A DNA stretch of 64,000 nucleotides from Macrostomum lignano. Lineage: Eukaryota. The stretch covers positions 186,001-250,000 of the forward strand of contig NIVC01001113.1 of assembly GCA_002269645.1 (NCBI GenBank), in the 5' to 3' direction. How positions within the stretch are numbered: the first letter of the stretch is position 1; each line of letters begins with the position of its first letter. Made by a program: the position numbers and the translations under genes. Below the pieces are notes generated by a model. It was given only the letters and a program-made list of their open reading frames with translations. It made no database searches and was not told the origin of the DNA. Shown in pieces: positions 62,180 through 64,000 of the stretch.

Positions 62180-62798
62180 CACTCAGCAACAGTCAAAACT
62201 GCCACCCTACCGAGAGAGGCGACTTCTCTCTCACCTCAACTGCAAGTGACGTAACTTGCGTCACGGCGTGGCTAAAGCTGGGTGAGAGTGAATTCCAGGG
62301 TGAGAGTACAAAAGGTACTGGGGTTGGAGTTGGGGGTGCAACAGTACACGTGACAATGGTCAGGCATATGACAGACGCTGAACGATGGCGCGCTGTTGGC
62401 ATGCTAGAAGCTGGTGCATCCATCAGCGCAGTTGCTCGCCAATTTGGCCGATCACGTTCAACAATTCGAGCGCTGTTAACGAAGTCCCAAGATACTGGTA
62501 GTGTTCAGCACGCAGCCATAGGCAGCCAGCGCCATGATCTCCGCGGCTCAACAGCCAGGGCAAATCGACGTCTGCTGCGGATTGTCAGGCGAACTCCGAC
62601 CGCGCCAGCCACCCTGCTCCGTCTAATGTGGGGTGAAAGAAAAAGATGGGGCATCCCCTGCATCCCCTGATTGCCCTCTTCTGCATTCACTCTCACCCAG
62701 CTTTAGTCACGCCGTGGCGCAAGTTACGTCACTTGCAGTTGAGGTGAGAGAGAAGTCTCCTCTCTCGGTAGGGTGGCGGTTTTGACTGTTGCTGAGTG
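62180..62798 (+). mobile_element. Tc1-like non-autonomous element (619 bp) retaining only the transposase DNA-binding N-terminus
   Basis: ~115-bp TIRs CACTCAGCAACAGTCAAAAC... / ...GTTTTGACTGTTGCTGAGTG, with TA at 62178-79 and 62799-800. Confidence 0.9.
62353..62670 (+). CDS. Truncated Tc1 transposase: paired-like helix-turn-helix domain only (105 aa)
   Basis: MVRHMTDAERWRAVGMLEAGASISAVARQFGRSRSTIRALLTKSQDTGSV, a typical Tc1/Tc3 N-terminal HTH. No DDE domain. Confidence 0.75.
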   Translation, partial: TMVRHMTDAERWRAVGMLEAGASISAVARQFGRSRSTIRALLTKSQDTGSVQHAAIGSQRHDLRGSTARANRRLLRIVRRTPTAPATLLRLMWGERKRWGIPCIP

Positions 62799-64000
62799 TA
62801 TAATATAGATTACTGATGTTCATTAGGAAACGACCCGAGCAACCGACTAAAACACAAGACACTACGACCGCTGATAGTAATAACAATTTTGCAACTAAAT
62901 TTCGCGCTATATTCCAGTTGTCTGAATCTGTTCTCAGTTCTATATAGCTGAAATGAATTCTTTTAATATTTTAATTGTTGATCAATGTCGGTAACTGTAG
63001 GGGAAGAAATACTTTTACGTGAATCTTTGTTTGGCTAGTCAAAAGTTAGTCAGACAAAACTGCAGGCTCTTCCGTGGATGTTCATTTTTTCTTTGGAACC
63101 TTTGGCAGGACAGATCGAGCGTCTCTTTCGCCGAACCGTTTCGTCAGCAGCTTTCCTCAGTGCTCGCTTGACCACAGCATGCTCAATCTCCTTTCGCCGA
63201 GCCGAGCTTCAAAATCGGAGGCTTGCACAGCCTCACGCTATATTGATGACATTCATGACACTTAAATTAAGCACAAAATGAAACACAGTACTTGATAAAA
63301 AGTTGAAAGGACTGGTGTGGTGTCCAAAAAAAAATCGCAGGAAACGAGCAAAATGGACAAAATTATCGCTGAGCGATAAAAAATCGCTGAGCGACAAAAA
63401 ATCGCAGTGGTGGCAACACTGTAAAGACCAGCGGGATTCCTGGTTTCGACGAGGACGAGGTGAACAACCCGGTCCTCACCCTTGCCCAGCCTGTTTCAAA
63501 CAACGAAGAGCCAACTCCGGATCCCATTAACTGGTCTGCCCTGTTAGACAGCGTACTCCAAATATCATGTACTCCAAATGAGGAATAAATGCTACCTCCG
63601 TTCATGAATGTATATATGTATGTGACGCCGTTGGACGCCAGGGTGATATGGCAGTTTGTACCAAGGACCACTAGACTGATGTAGATTTAACAGGAATTAA
63701 AGCCTCAACATCGTATGAGTACACACGTAAACAAGCTAGCCTTCAAAAAAGTGCAACAATTACGAGTGCCACCTCCTGATTCAACTACGTTCTAGTGATT
63801 CTCGGTTCCCAGTGTGAGATTGCAAGTATATAGCTGTGTCCGCACGTTTTTGGACTGCATTTGGATTTTTGAATTCTCGTGTATCGCCGTCTCAATTATT
63901 TTTGTAACCTTTTCTGTCAATGTAGCTTGTATTTGTTGTACGAACACTGGCAGTTTAGAGTAGGAGTCTATTTATTTACACGCACCTCATCACAAAATAC

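Overview
Eukaryotic, repeat-rich genomic window. Its style (GC3-rich compact exons, minisatellite-filled introns and spacers) best fits a free-living flatworm such as Macrostomum; this is inference. 1-15 kb holds two Ty3/Gypsy LTR retrotransposons: a decayed minus-strand element with an internal RT/RNaseH deletion and an extra 3' ORF, and a near-complete Mag-type element with short LTRs. 15-26 kb holds MITEs, minisatellites and a CpG-depleted zone of old repeats. 26.3-46.8 kb is a run of seven co-oriented + strand genes: a Regnase/NYN-type PIN nuclease, three paralogs of an unrecognised Cys-rich secreted/type-I membrane family, COX17, RTRAF (with one in-frame TAG) and PTGES2. Six of the seven sit just downstream of a different tandem repeat. 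PTGES2 appears to lack its own ATG, which would fit the AUG-ending flatworm spliced leader, and its third exon is flanked by reverse-complementary intronic minisatellites. 53.6-55.1 kb is an intronless non-alpha nicotinic receptor subunit. 56-64 kb is a head-to-tail array of non-autonomous Helitrons plus two Tc1/IS630-type deletion derivatives. No database searches were run. Repeat boundaries are approximate.
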